Source: Mizuhopecten yessoensis
Taxonomy: Eukaryota
Reading direction: 5' to 3'
DNA: 64,000 nt
NCBI RefSeq assembly: GCF_002113885.1
Contig: NW_018407403.1
Location: 1,352,055 to 1,416,054, forward strand
Positions 12,312 through 26,192 of this stretch are shown here, piece by piece. The position numbers and the translations under genes are program-made. Numbering within the stretch: position 1 is the stretch's first letter; each line of letters begins with the position of its first letter. The notes under the pieces were generated by a model, which did not search any database, was not told where the DNA came from, and saw only the letters and a program-made list of their open reading frames with translations.

Positions 12312-12387
12312 GCGGCACTGCACTTTGAGTATGGATACCAAAAGGTATGCAGGGCAATTTCAGTAGTAAAATATACATTACAAGTCT

Positions 12388-12547
12388 GATCATAATCACA
12401 GCATACTTGAGCGTCACCAATTAAGTGGATTTTAAAGTTTATTTGACTGACTAGTAAGGAGGTGCTTCATCCTGATGAAACTAGTCGGCCAAATAAACTG
12501 AAAAACCCACTTAATTGGTGACACTTGAGTATATTGTGATTATAATC
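12388..12547. repeat. Long palindrome (~65-bp arms), possibly derived from a Penelope pLTR
   Basis: ATAATCACAGCATACTTGAGCGTCACCAATTAAGTGG...GACTAGT pairs with ACTAGTC...CCACTTAATTGGTGACACTTGAGTATATTGTGATTAT. Confidence 0.75.
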
Positions 12548-12734
12548 CTACATATTATCTGTATCATATTTTACATACTTTGACAGATATGATCGGTCTG
12601 GTTTGCAGTATGTGGATGATACATTATCAGCACAAGACATTGCATATCATGACATTTTCCATGGTTTCTAGCCCAAACATTTACCAAGTGGTTACCTGAT
12701 GATAAAACTTCTGTCTTAATATTCATACTTATGG

Positions 12735-13103
12735 TTTTTGTCTCGCATCCACGAAGTAGCGGAAGCAAGACTAATTAATATTAGGTGTTGCTTTTCTAGC
12801 GATGGCGGTGGCGTCGACATTAAGTTTTTGCATTTAAGTTAGTTTCACTGAAAATGTAAGTGCTAGACCAACCAAACTTGCGCCTTAGGTGCATCTTAGG
12901 TAGTACATATGAACCCATGCATTAAATGCTGGATGGGGCCTACCTTTCATGGTCCATTGACTTTGTCAGCATCTCCGACAACATTAAGTTTTTGCGTTTA
13001 AGTTTGTTTCTCTGAAATTTTAAGTGCTAGACCAACCAAACTTGACATGTGCATTGATGATTAAAGAGGGGCACAGGCGAGACATCAATTTGAATGGCTT
13101 GTT
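12735..13103 (+). mobile_element. HINE-like family 2 copy
   Basis: Homologous to 8230-8712 and 9240-9580; ends GGCGAGACATCAATTTGAATGGCTTGTT. Confidence 0.6.
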
Positions 13104-13865
13104 CATACAAGTATTTGTGGAGAGTCATGATGATGATAAAGGATATTTTATAAACGTTAACAACATTTAAAGTAAAGGTACCACTAGGTCAGTTATAAAA
13201 TGCTAAAAAAGGTCTTCAGCTTGCAGATTTTTAACTTTGGAGTACCAGGTACTCTCCCTTTTAAACAGAAGATGAAGCTACCGAAATGAGTTTTTCGAAC
13301 TTACAGAAACTACTGGTACCTTTATTAATATTTTCATAAGTTTGCAGCCAATACACTTTACACTAATTTTGATGCTGTGCTGGTAAAGTGTAGGCTTTGT
13401 AGTAAAATGGTCATGAATTCGACCTGTGCATTTTTTTCTTGATTTGTATATTTTGAATTTCTGTTTTCAAACATTCAGAATTTAAATGACTACATTTCTT
13501 TTAATGCATAGCAATGTGTTATTTTGATGGAATTTTTCTTTTGAAAAAAACCTTCAACAAATTTTTCACTGAAGTGGTAATAATAAAGTTCAACTTGTTG
13601 ATACCTTTTACCCTAACTCATTCACCCCTGAAGACACATTTGATTTCTTCCAATTCTATGGTTGGAATAGTTCATTACAAAATTTCAGGGTTGAATTAGT
13701 TTCAAGTATTTCACTTACCATATATCTGATATAATTAGCATCTATCTCTCTTTTTTTTAAGGATTTGAAATTGTATATAGCCAATCCCCACAAGGCTCGG
13801 TCAATGATTTGGGGTAATTACACACTTTTAAAGAAAATATTTATGTCTGCTGATCATGGCTGATC

Positions 13866-16800
13866 ATACTGTACTTCAGCCACACTGGGATGTTTATACT
13901 GTCCTGTTATACTGTACCTCCAGCCACACTGGGATGCTTATACTGTCCTTATGTTATACTGTACCTCCCGCCACACTGGGATGTTTATACTGTGGATGTT
14001 TATACTGTCCTGTTATCCTGTACCTCCAGCCACAGTGGGATGTTTATAGTGTCCTTCTGTTATACTGTATCTCGCCACACTGGGATGTTTTTAATGTCCT
14101 TCTGTTATACTGTACCTTCAGCCACACTGGGATGTTTATACTGTGGATGTTTATACTGTCCTGTTATCCTGTACCTCCAGCCACACTGGGATTTTTGTAC
14201 TGTCCTTCTGTTATACTGTACCTACAGCCACACTGGGATGTTTATAATGACCTTCTGTTATACTGTACCGCCAGTCACACTGGGATGTTTATAATGTCCT
14301 TCTGTAATACTGAACCTCCAGCAACAGTGGAATGTTTATAATGTCCTTCTGTTATACTGTGCCTCCAGCCACAGTGGGATGTTTATAGTGTCCTTCTGTT
14401 ATACCGAACCTCCAGCCATACTGGGATGTTTAAACTGTCATTCTGTCATACTGTACCTCTAGCCACACTGGGATGTTTATAATGTCCTGTTGTACTCTAC
14501 CTCCAGCCACACTGGGATGTTCATAGTGTCCTTCTGTTATACCGTACGTCGAGCCACACTGGGATGTTTATAATGTCCTGTTGTACTCTACCTCCAGCCA
14601 CACTGGGATGTTTGTACTGTCCTTCTGTTATACTGTACCTACAGCCACACTGGGATGTTTATAATGTCTTTCTGTTATACTGTACCTCCAGCAACACTGG
14701 GATGTTTATACTGTCCTTCTGTTATCCTGTACCTCCAGCCACACTGGGATTTTTGTACTGTCCTTCTGTTATACTGTACCTACAGCCACACTGGGATGTT
14801 TATAATGTCTTTCTGTTATACTGTACCTCCAGCCCCACAGGGATGTTTATAATGTCCTGTTATACTGTGCCTCCAGCCACACTGGGATGTTTATATAATG
14901 TCTTTCTGTTATACTGTACCTCCAGCCCCACAGGGATGTTTATAATGTCCTGTTATACCGAACCTCCAGCCATACTGGGATGTTGATACTGTCATTCTGT
15001 TATACTGTACCTCTAGCCACACTGGGATGTTTATAATGTCTTTCTGTTATACTGTACCTCCAGCAACACTGGGATGTTTATACTGTCCTTCTGTTATACG
15101 GTACCTCCAGCCACACTGGGATGTTCATAGTGTCCTTCTGTTATACTGTATCTCGCCACACTGGGATGTTTTTAATGTCCTTCTGTTATACTGTACCTCA
15201 AGCCACACTGGGATGTTTATAATGTCCTTCTGTAATACTGTACCTCCAGCCACACTGAGATCTTTATAATGTCTTTCTGTTATGTTGTACCTCCAGCCAC
15301 ACTGGGATCTTTATAATTTCTTTCTGTTATGTTGTACCTCCAGCCACACTGGGATCTTTATAATGTCTTTCTGTTATGTTGTACCTCCAGCCACACTGGG
15401 ATGCTTATACTGTCCTTATGTTATACTGTACCTCCCGCCACACTGGGATGTTTATACTGTCCTTCTGTTATACCGTCCCTCCAGCCACACTGGGATGTTT
15501 GTACTGTCCTTCTGTTATACTGTACCTCAAGCCACACTGGGATGTTTATAATGTCCTTTTGTTATACTGTACCTCCAGCCACATTGGGATGTTTATACTG
15601 TCCTTCTGTTATCCTGTACCTCCAGCCACAGTGGGATGTTTATAGTGTCCTTCTGTTATACCGAACCTCCACCCACACTGGGATGTTCATAGTGTCCTTC
15701 TGTTATACTGTCCCTCCAGCCACAGTGGGATGTTTATAGTGTCCTTCTGTTATACCGAACCTCCAGCCATACTGGGATGTTTATACTGTCATTCTGCTAT
15801 ACTGTACCTCTAGCCACACTGGGATGTTTATAATGACCTTGTGTTATACTGTACCTCCAGCCCCACAGGGATGTTTATAATGTCCTGTTATCCTCTACCT
15901 CCAGCCACACTGGGATGTTTGTACTGTCCTTCTGTTATACTGTACCTTCAGCCACACTGGGATGTTTATACTTTCCTTCTGTTATACTGTCCCTCCAGCC
16001 ACAGTGGGATGTTTATAATGTCCTTCTGTAATACTGTACCTCCAGTCACACTGGGATGTTCATAGTGTCCTTCTGTTATACTGTATCTCGCCACACTGGG
16101 ATGTTTTTAATGTCCTTCTGTTATACTGTACCTTCAGCCACACTGGGATGTTTATACTGTGGATGTTTATACTGTCCTGTTATCCTGTACCTCCAGCCAC
16201 ACTGGGATTTTTGTACTGTCCTTCTGTTATACTGTACCTCAAGCCACACTGGGATGTTTATAATGTCTTTCTGTTATACTGTACCTCCAGCAACACTGGG
16301 ATGTTTATATAATGTCCTTCTGTTATACTGTGCCTCCAGCCACACTGGGATGTTTATAATGTCCTTCTGTTATACCGTACCTCTAGCCACACTGGGATGT
16401 TTCTAATGTCCTTCTGTTAAACTGTACCTCCAGCCACACTGGGATGTTTATAATGTCCTTCTGTTATACTCTGCCTCTAGCCACACTGGGATGTTCATAG
16501 TGTCCTTCTGTTATACCGTACCTCTAGCCACACTGGGATGTTTCTAATGTCCTTTTGTTAAACTGTACCTCCAGCCACACTGGGATGTTTATACTGTCCT
16601 TCTGTTATACTGTACCTCCAGCCACACTGGGATGTTTATAATGACCTTGTGTTATACTGTACCTCCAGCCACACTGGGATCTTTATAATGTCTTTCTGTT
16701 ATGTTGTACCTCCAGCCACACTGGGATGTTTGTACTGTCCTTCTGTTATACTGTACCTCCAGACACACTGGGATGTTTATAATGTCCTGTTATACTGTCC

Positions 16801-17686
16801 CTCCAGCCACACTGGGATGTTTGTACTGTCCTTCTGTTATACTGTACCTCCAGCCACGCTGGGATGTTTATAATGTCCTTCTGTTATACTGTACCTCCAG
16901 ACACACTGGGATGTTTATAATGTCCTGTTATACTGTCCCTCCAGCCACACTGGGATGTTTATAACGTCCTTCTGTTATACTGTACCTCCAGCCACGCTGG
17001 GATGTTTATAATGTCCTTCTGTTATCCTGTACCTCCAGCCACACTGGGATGTTTGTACTGTCCTTCTGTTATACTGTACCTCCAGCCACACTGGGATGTT
17101 TATAATGTCCTTCTGTTATACTCTACCTCTAGCCACACTGGGATGTTCATAGTGTCCTTCTGTTATACTGTATCTCCAGCCACGCTGGGATGTTTATAAT
17201 GTCCTTCTGTTATACTGTACCTCCAGCCACACTGGGATGTTTATAATGTCCTTCTGTTATACTGTACCTCCAGCCACACTGGGATGTTTATAATGTCCTC
17301 CTGTTATACTGTACCTCCAGCCACACTGGGATGTTTATACTGTCCTTCTGTTATACTGTACCTCCAGCCACACTGGGATGTTTATACTGTCCTTCTGTTA
17401 TACTCTACCTCCAGCCACACTGGGATGTTTATACTGTCCTTCTGTTATACTCTACCTCCAGCCACGCTGGGATGTTTATAATGACCTTGTGTTATACCGT
17501 ACCACCAGCCACACTGGGATGTTTATAATGTCCTGTTATACTGTACCTCCAGCCACACTGGGATGTTTATAATGTCCTTCTGTTATACTGTACCTCCAGC
17601 CACACTGGGATGTTTATAATGTCCTTCTGTTATACTGTACCTCCAGCCACACTGGGATGTTTATAGTCTCCTTCTGTTATACCGTA
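13866..17686. repeat. 47-bp tandem satellite (~80 copies, 44-47-bp variants)
   Basis: Unit GTTATACTGTACCTCCAGCCACACTGGGATGTTTATAATGTCCTTCT. Confidence 0.97.
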
Positions 17687-18467
17687 AATAAAACAGAAAA
17701 AATGAATTTAACCAATGTATTTGAGTAGTATCAGCAATCACGTATTCCCAAATTTGACAAAGCCTGTAGATTTTCTCCAGTATGGTGTCCCCAAATCTTA
17801 AATTTTATTATACATTATACATGCACTGGTCTAAGATAAAAGTTGGTCTAAGATGAAAGTTAGTCGAAACACTTCAAAAGATTAGATATCGATTACAGGA
17901 TATCTATCATAGGTAAATAAAACTTAATTTATTTCCTGACGACCAAGGCTGCGATTCAGTCATTCACCCCTGAAGACTCATTTGAACTCCTCCAATTCAA
18001 ACGTTGGAATAGTTCATTACGAAATTTCAGGGGTGAGCGAAATAAAGCAACATTTCCACAATGAGCCTCAAGTTTTACAGATATTAAATGGATTCCTGAT
18101 ATATTTTAATTTAAAATATCTTTGGTGAATTAATGTGAATTCCAAACATCATGCATAATTTATTTAATTAAAGTAGTAAGATTTACCTCCCTTTGACCAT
18201 TGTTCAGAGGCCATGTATAAGAAAAAGAGATGTTAATGACAATTTAGCCTCATACATTTTACTGAATTCATCTTTACTTGAAATGACAAAGACATGAATA
18301 GAAATCAACATCTAGCTGATGAATTTCGGTTTGCTTGATCAGATAAAAAAAAACAACCGTTTTCTACCACACATAATGACACAAAAAGACGTGCGACCGA
18401 AAACCCCAATACAATTGTGTTTTCCATGCCGGTCCGGTTAACCTGACATCAGTTTTATCATAGTGAC

Positions 18468-18670
18468 GACGTTCAACATTCAGGGTAATGGCAACAACTG
18501 GTTCTTCCGTTGTCAGTATAATGTGACCGGGCGGAATGCTGTGCTTGGTGCTTTCGGCATGGTATTTCAGTGAGGTAGCACTATAAAGCACCCATGCACG
18601 CAAACACAACCCACATGGCATGAAGTTAGCTGTTGATGGGATGTTTTAAAACCCTATACAACCAACCAAT
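18468..18670 (+). mobile_element. 5'-truncated SINE (same family as 7770-8112)
   Basis: ACGTTCAACATTCAGGGTAATGGCAACAACTGGTTC...GTTGTCAGTATAATGTGACCGG, tail AGCTGTTGATGGGATG plus (AACC)n. Confidence 0.6.
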
Positions 18671-20446
18671 CATAGTGACGTCACACAAATTACTGTATCT
18701 GTCATAAATAAATGAAAGGGATCAGAACCGAGGGAAGTCCAGGTTTGCCTCGACAGTTTACATCCGAGGAAGTTATTTCATATCGTGTTATCTTCACATT
18801 CAGTCTTTCCCTCCTAAAACTTGTATTAAAATGTCGCCAACAGTAAATTATTCAATGAAAAGAAACGTTGCCTTTTCCAGCTTACTCGTCTAATTATTTG
18901 AAATGTGACGTCATTTCATTAATATCATGTGACTGCCAACACACCAGATTGAAACAACAAAACAAAAGGCAAAACATCGTGGAAAAAAGAGAACGATATA
19001 TGTGATTCCGAATGTTTTCAGGTGATTCCGAAGTTTTCAGGTGATTGACATGTTTTATAGGTTATTTCATGTACCAATTGTGGCCCCTGTCATAGAATTG
19101 GCAGTGTTTTCAAGGAAAATCTCTCACCAATGCTCCTATTTTTTTTTTTTTTTTATTTTTTAATTAATTCCAGACATATCATACACATGAGGAACCGTCT
19201 GAGGATGGAATACGTCAGCTACGGTCCTTTACATTAATACTCACATAATTAAGCATACATATTCCAGTTTTTTTTTATCATAATAAATATTCTGTGCAAC
19301 TCTGTTCTACAAGAAGGATTTGAATTAAAATATATGTATCTAACCTTCGCACATAAAAAACCTTTTTGTTGTTGTAAATAACCAGTTGATGATTAACTTA
19401 GAATTTGGTTCACAAATATAACTTGCATAACATACGCCTAGGAAAATAAATATACAAAAAAATGACTGGAATTAATAGAAACAGGGATTGGGGGATAGTT
19501 TGGTTAAAAAGTAGAAGTTTATCCAGAAAAAGAGGGACAGGGATAAGAGAGACATAAGAGTAAGAAGAGAGGAAGAGAGATTCCCGACGAAAGCAATAAT
19601 TATTCATGAAAGGGTGATTATTGTAATTTATCAGCAAATGAAAAAAGAAAATCAGAAAAATACTTGCAAAAAGAGGAGAGAAAAAGAAGTAGATTTACTT
19701 AGTTTTTATACTTAATGACAATATAGTTGCTTGGTATATGTATGTATCTATATATGGGGCAAAGAAGTAATTCCAACAGTTTGGACAAGTTTAGGTTGTC
19801 AAATTTCCGGATCAATCCGCTCCTTTTTCAAGACACAGTGAAACAGAACAGTTACATGTACATATACATCATATTACAAGAAGATAGAATTGATATACTA
19901 TAATTGAAAATAAAGCTATTATATAAAACCAATAGTCCCCTCGGCTAAAAACAGCCGAAGGCAGCAATTAAGCTGAGAGCATCGCGGACAAGGAACGCTG
20001 ATGTAGAGGACCTATTCTTGCGCAAGATGCACTGTCATATAAAGTGAGTCAACGAGAGATATCAAAAACGTGGAACATGTGCATTTGGAAATCTGGCCTG
20101 GTAAATGTGAAAAATCTCCAATCTGCTACGGAATGTCTCATTAGTCGCCTCTCAATACTGCGATGGATCTAAGTCACAGCAGGGGGTCCCACTTAGTCGC
20201 CTCTATTATGTGCCTCTATTGGTTTGCAGGAATTATGCATGTAATTATCAAATAAGTGAGTGCAGGAGGAATAAGTAGATAAAATGGCTAAGATACTGTA
20301 TAAATCTGCAAAATAAATCTGACAACGGCTGTTGGTCACACACACTGACATGAAGCAGCAGGCAGGCGAGATAGCAGACCAACTGTGCAATAATGAATCA
20401 TTAGGTCAAATGCCCCCTGGAAGGAAAACGAGCGGATGGCAACCGC

Positions 20447-21180
20447 CTATCGTTCGTTCATACCTCGAGGGTAGCGGGTTTGTAGATTGGTGATCCAAAA
20501 CCGTTCTCTCGTACGTCGTCTCGTTTCATCCCATGTAGGGCAATGATCTATGGCAACAACCTGCATGTCTTTCCAACTATGGCTAGGCATATTAAAATGC
20601 CTTGCCACAGGGAAGTCTGGTTTGTTCTGCTTGATGGAGCAGCGGTGGTTGTTGATCCTGACATTGAGCTGGGTGCAGGTCTCGCCCACGTACTGTAACT
20701 TGCATTTATTGCAGGTAATAAGGTACACCACATTGACTGATGTGCATGTCAGTGTTTGTAGTATGTGATACACTTTGCCGTTGATTGTACATCGAAATGT
20801 ATCTGTGGAGCGCGTGTATGGACACAGTTTGCACACCTTCTTGTTACATGTATTGAAAGAGCTTTTCGCCGCAGCAGGGTCTTGCTGCTTACCACAAGAT
20901 CTCTAATGTGTTTAGGTCTACGATATGCCAGTATAGAAGACTCTGGAAAGATCTGCCGAAGTTTCGCTGAAGATTTGATGATGCGCCAGTGCTTTTTCAA
21001 GATAGATGGAAGTGGCGGCATGTCTGGGTGGAACATGACTACAAAAGGTACCCTTTGTGTATGGGGTCTGACTTTGTATACAAGCAGACTTGCCCTGTCC
21101 AGTACCCTCACTTTGTCTATTTCCCGATCTATCAAAGTAGATTTGTATTCTCTGCCAAGAAGATGGGACTTTAACTCTAT
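20447..21180 (-). mobile_element. Penelope-like element (Neptune-type) 3' fragment: RT C-terminal linker + GIY-YIG endonuclease, frameshifted
   Basis: RVPFVVMFHP...ILAYRRPKHIRDLVV, a Cys motif (CNKKVCKLC), NVVYLITCNKCKLQYVGET...RINNHR...RERFWI..LQT.YP.GMN. Confidence 0.88.
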
Positions 21181-22650
21181 GCTATGTATCTTTCGATAGT
21201 GTATGCTGTTTTCAGTTTACTGATTAGAGTAGGTAGGTAAAGCTCTTTGCAAAAACACCATTGACAATATATGTAGTGTTTCATATTTATAATTATGACA
21301 TTTTCTGCCCTGTTATTCAGATTTTGATTTTGTGTTATTTTCCCAAAAATAAAATATTTTTTAAATATATTAAAAGTCACATTACAAGTAGTTTGGATTC
21401 AAATTTGGAAAGCAAGAATAACATGTTGGACTTTATTACATTGCCATAGTACAGGCTGAATAGTTTCTTCTTCTATGAAGCAAAAATTACACATATCAGA
21501 CTGAACCAAATTAATCTTTTTCAAAAAGGTGTTTGTAACTAAAATGTGATGATTCATTCTAAATTGCAGCCATTGTAATTTAGAATTTGTATTAGTGTCA
21601 AAAGGTAGTTTGTATATTTTCTTCCAATCCTCACTTGGTATATTTCCATATACATTTTCCAACTTTATTTGACCAGTAGGCACTACACTATTTTTGTTCA
21701 GCACATTGTACATATCCTTTGTACCTTTTTACGTTTGATAATTATATTAATATACAGTGGTATCAATGTTAGTGTAAGCTTTTTCTCAAAAGTCCAGCCT
21801 AATTTTCTTATTGCAAAAATGAGACCATTATAATCAATAAAGTTAGTATTTAAATTAAAAATATCATTAAACTCATTATGTTGAAGGAAACTGCCATCTT
21901 CCTTAATAAGATCATTTATGAAAAACACACCTTTATCAAACCATCGTTTATAAAACACAGTAGTATTGCCTATTTTGATTAAGTCATTATACCAAATAGG
22001 TAAAGATAATACTTCATCTGGCTGAGATATATCAATTTTCCCCCTTAATGTATTCCATGCATGAAGAACATCAATCCAAAATGTGTTATGAAGTATATTT
22101 TTGATAACATAATCAATATATTTATTACCTAAAGTTAACAGTTTATTTTTATTTATTTTTTCAAACAGTAGGGTTTGCCAATTTGACGTCTTAAGACAAA
22201 TATTTTTTATCCATGTTGATTTTAGAGCCATTTCAAAATGTTTGATATTAATCATTTTCAAACCACCTTCTTCATACTGTTTGACGATGACATCTCCTTT
22301 TACTTAATACTAATTAGCTATTGGACTTCCCCATAGGTATTCATAAAACAACTTTTGAATTTCTATCATAATATTTTGGTTAGGAGAATCCTATGAATAA
22401 ATGTGTTAGTATTGGTAAAAGTAGAGATTTTATTACAGTAATCCTGCCTATCGAAGTTAATACTGTCTATTCCACTGTTTAATTAATGACTTTAGTTTCG
22501 TAATTTTTTCTTTGAAATTGAATTGAACTATTTTAGTAAGGTCCACATCAAAGTGAATACCTAACAGATTAAAATGTGTTGAGTCCCATGATAGAGCAAG
22601 ATTATTGACTAATTATTCTGTACTATACTTTTTACTCCCTATCCATATTA
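21180..22650 (-). mobile_element. Decayed L1/Tx1-type LINE ORF2 3' portion (zf-RVT region)
   Basis: GG..MINIKHFEMALKSTWI, LPIWYN, KLQWLQFRMNHHILVTN..L.KI....SDMCNFC..EEETI; several frameshifts. Confidence 0.8.
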
Positions 22651-23348
22651 ATTAATGAACAGGGACCTTAGTATACGTCCCTGGTTTGAACAAGTTCAGT
22701 GTTGAAAAAGATGTTCATTGTTATAGGATGATATTTCATTGGCATTTTATAAAAAAAATCCTACACCGAGAGGGAAGTACATTTATATAAAATATATTCA
22801 TGTTTGGTTAATGAACGTGCAATGAATATAATTCTGGTAAACGTAAGCCGTCTTTTATGAGAAATAATGATTTTTCGATGATGTGCATTCTTTTCGGTTA
22901 AAAAAGGTTAGATTTGGTATATATGATACATAGTACATTGTACATCTTGTAAATGTGCCATGTTCAGCATTCTATCTTTTTTCGAAACATCTTTTTTGTA
23001 TTTGTAGCTACAATGGCGGTTTGGTGACACCAGTAATGGTCCCCATAACAATATCTGGGCTAGGTGATTGGATGTCGCTGATCGTTATATGTTGAGGCCC
23101 GGATAATGTGCGGAGTAAAACAAAATGTCTTCCTTCGTTCATTGTGTTTCTATGTCATTTATTCAACTAATTAACATAATATATCATATACACCAGTGTA
23201 TGTTGATCCGAACATTTAAAATATACACGACAAGTGGTAATTGTACTGTTTATATATATATATATATTATAGACCAATACAATACAAAACGTAACCTATT
23301 TATATACATTTGTATATGGATAGCCGATTTATCTGCTTGGTTAAGAAG

Positions 23349-23552
23349 GGGCCGTTGGCCAAGTGGTTAATGCGTCTGACATTCTGCTCCACCAATGGGT
23401 CGCGGGTTCGAGACCTACGTGGAGCAGTCGTCAGGTCCTGGCCATAGGTCGGTGGGTTTTCACGGGGAACTCCGCCTTTCCTCAACAAAACCTGGCACGT
23501 CCTTAAATGACCATAACTGTTGATAGGACGTAAAACACAAACAAATCAAAAC
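23349..23552 (+). mobile_element. tRNA-derived SINE with V-domain-like core
   Basis: A-box TGGCCAAGTGG, B-box GGTTCGAGAC, core GTGGGTTTTCACGGGGAACTCCGCCTTTCCTC, tail shared with 7770-8112; imperfect flanking CTTGGTTAA duplication. Confidence 0.75.
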
Positions 23553-24532
23553 TTCTTGGTTAAATAGGGTCAAGCTATGTAACACCTACCAGTGATTCTA
23601 ATGCAATATTTCAAAGGATTGTTTTACAGGATATTTCCTTTTGTAATAGACTCTATAAGTATACCACAGGGAATAGACCACTTTATTTAAAAAGGATGCG
23701 TCACAAAAGATGACATTCCAATCGTCCCAAAAAATAACTCAATTTATTTGGGTAAACGTACCGCCCAATCAAAACCTTTAAACGACCCATACAATTTCGG
23801 TCCTGGGACGTAAAACATAATCGCAATGTTCATTTTGTATCCTAGCCAAAATAAGTTCAGTTACAACCGCAATTGTCTCAGAAAATCAGAGGCCAGTGTC
23901 ACACTACACTTGTACTGTACCTAGTACAAAATCTGAAGGAAATTTCAAAAGAGAATCTTTATCAATTTTCGACCAATTAGAAGGGTCATGAAGTTTCCAC
24001 GGTAAATGATAAGTGAGGTTCAATCATTACATGTTCAAATAATCAAATAATCAGGAATTGTTTTTCTTTAATTTAGTTCGAGAATTTTTTTGTAGCCCCA
24101 GTGCATAAATTATCGAGAAGAATAACATGTACAACAAACGGTATATGTAATAGGTACCATTCCAGAAGTCACTGAAAATACCTCTATACAATCATAAACG
24201 AAAGGGGGAGGGAGGGGAACCATGGCGTAAACTTAGATTAAGTAGAATAAGAATGCTATTGTTGAAAACACAGAAAAAGCAATACATCTGGTGTACATGA
24301 CACGATAGCTAACATTGAATGTAATTTGGACAATTTAAGAAGATCCCCAAACTGTCCAGTAGCCGCAAAGGACACATCGCGAAAGGCACAGTGCCGCAAT
24401 ACACTGCTACCAGCGTTAAACGAAATAATACAATATCTGAATTTTGACCAATCAGTAGACGCAGTGATATCTTGGCAAGTCTTAACAAGTCCACCAGTAC
24501 TCAGGCGAAACACTATTTTAACCCGACCCTAA

Positions 24533-24615
24533 CCCTTTCACTACTGGAAACCAAAATGGACTCGTCCAGATCAATGCATGGAATATTTAACTTAAGTTAC
24601 ACAGGAGGTAAAGGG
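24533..24615. mobile_element. 83-bp piggyBac-like mini-MITE
   Basis: CTAA|CCCTTTCAC...GGTAAAGGG|TTAA; interior homologous to 9966-10048. Confidence 0.6.
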
Positions 24616-26192
24616 TTAAGTATTTAGGAACAGTATCTGACAAACTAGAACGAACACGGACAATATCCAATCACAAAGACGAATCAAAGAAGCAACAACA
24701 TAAACTGAGGGGACACGAACACCAAAGGAAAACAAAATATGAAAAAAGGTCCAAACCAGGCGTCCACTGCATACCGACTGGTACCAGTTAAGTTTGTAGT
24801 AATTATCAGCGGCATTGTCTAAAGCTATCTAACCTAACTAACATTGAACTCTGTTACCGGGTTTCTGATGGTTCTCAGGGCTAATATTTCGCGGCTTTCC
24901 CGATTATTTTTTGTTTTACGTCCTATTAACAGCTATGGCCATTTAAGGACATGCCAGATTTTGGTGGTTATTGTATAATATAGGATCGACCGCATAGCTA
25001 TTCACAAACAGGTTTTTAATGAAATGATATATGTCGTGTTACATGGTAACTCTATTTATGCACACACCCATTACCTTGGGTCTATTTTTAGAGTCTCAAA
25101 GGAAATCTTGCTTTTAAATTGCAGTTAAAACTAGACACTGGTGCAGCCAAGCAGATAAAGGTACAATTTGTAGGTCGTATCAGTTACACAAGTAACGAAG
25201 GAAGACAATTACATAACTTGTGCCTTTCCAGGCCTCAAACTCACGGATTACGACATCTGATCACCTAGCCCAGAAAGTATCCGTAGCTCCTACCACCACA
25301 CCACCTCACAAAAGATGGCGGACACGTACGTAATGCTCGCAGGGAAGGTTATGTGTAAGGCGACTTTCACTCGTTTTCACTTTGGCAGAATATGAAGGAG
25401 CAATTCATCAAAAGAATTTTCCATTGTGACAAATTTATGATCGGCTATGGAACATAACGTTATCAACTGAACAAGGTTAGTGCTTCCTGCTTCCCGCTTG
25501 GGGTGTCTTTTGACATTGTGTAAATGATCTTGTGTTTTCATTAATCAGTATTCCATTTTTAGGAGACATATTTACATAAGTAATATGCTTGTTTCTTTTT
25601 TCATATATATTAGATTTTAATTTTAAAAATTAAATAGAAAATGCAAATTCAATAATAATAAAAAAAGTTTTAAGGAAAGTAACTCTTCTCTAACATAAGC
25701 CATAAGGTAAAGTGTGTGGGGTTGCATACAGTGTATATCATTTGTACTGTCATATTCCCCGGTGTATGAAACATGGTTTGATATCATATCATGATTAACA
25801 CTCCTTTTGTGTAATTTTAGTGTCCTTTGATGTCACATGCAAGCAATTTTAATATAATACTTGATCTTGTGTTAGTTTTATAAGACGATAAATCGGAAAA
25901 ATGGTACCACATCGTCACTACACAAGGGAATAATAATAACGTGCTATTGTTACAATCATACAACAGACAATTTAGGAATTAAGGTAGAAAAATATGTTTT
26001 AATTTAAAATGGGTCATTTTATCGTGTTTCCCCCCTGTATAGAGCTAATGAGGTGTTCTACATATCAAGTATAAACTGTATGGCGACATAATTTAGCTGT
26101 GTAGAGGGGGTAGTGACGAAGGTAGGACATTTCATAAAAGTAAAACAGTATAGTGACACACGAAAGCTAATCTTTTATGGTTGTTTTACTGT

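Noticed and set aside
11754-12366. Repetitive ORFs on both strands
   Set aside because: A 42-bp unit is a multiple of 3, so frames stay open by chance; no splice or start context.
13856-17572. Many Cys/Tyr-rich ORFs, or a CRISPR-like array
   Set aside because: Translations of a head-to-tail 47-bp satellite in all frames; no unique spacers and no cas genes; eukaryotic context.
23349-23425. tRNA genes here and at ~48101-48170
   Set aside because: A/B boxes run into SINE cores and tails; no complete cloverleaf.
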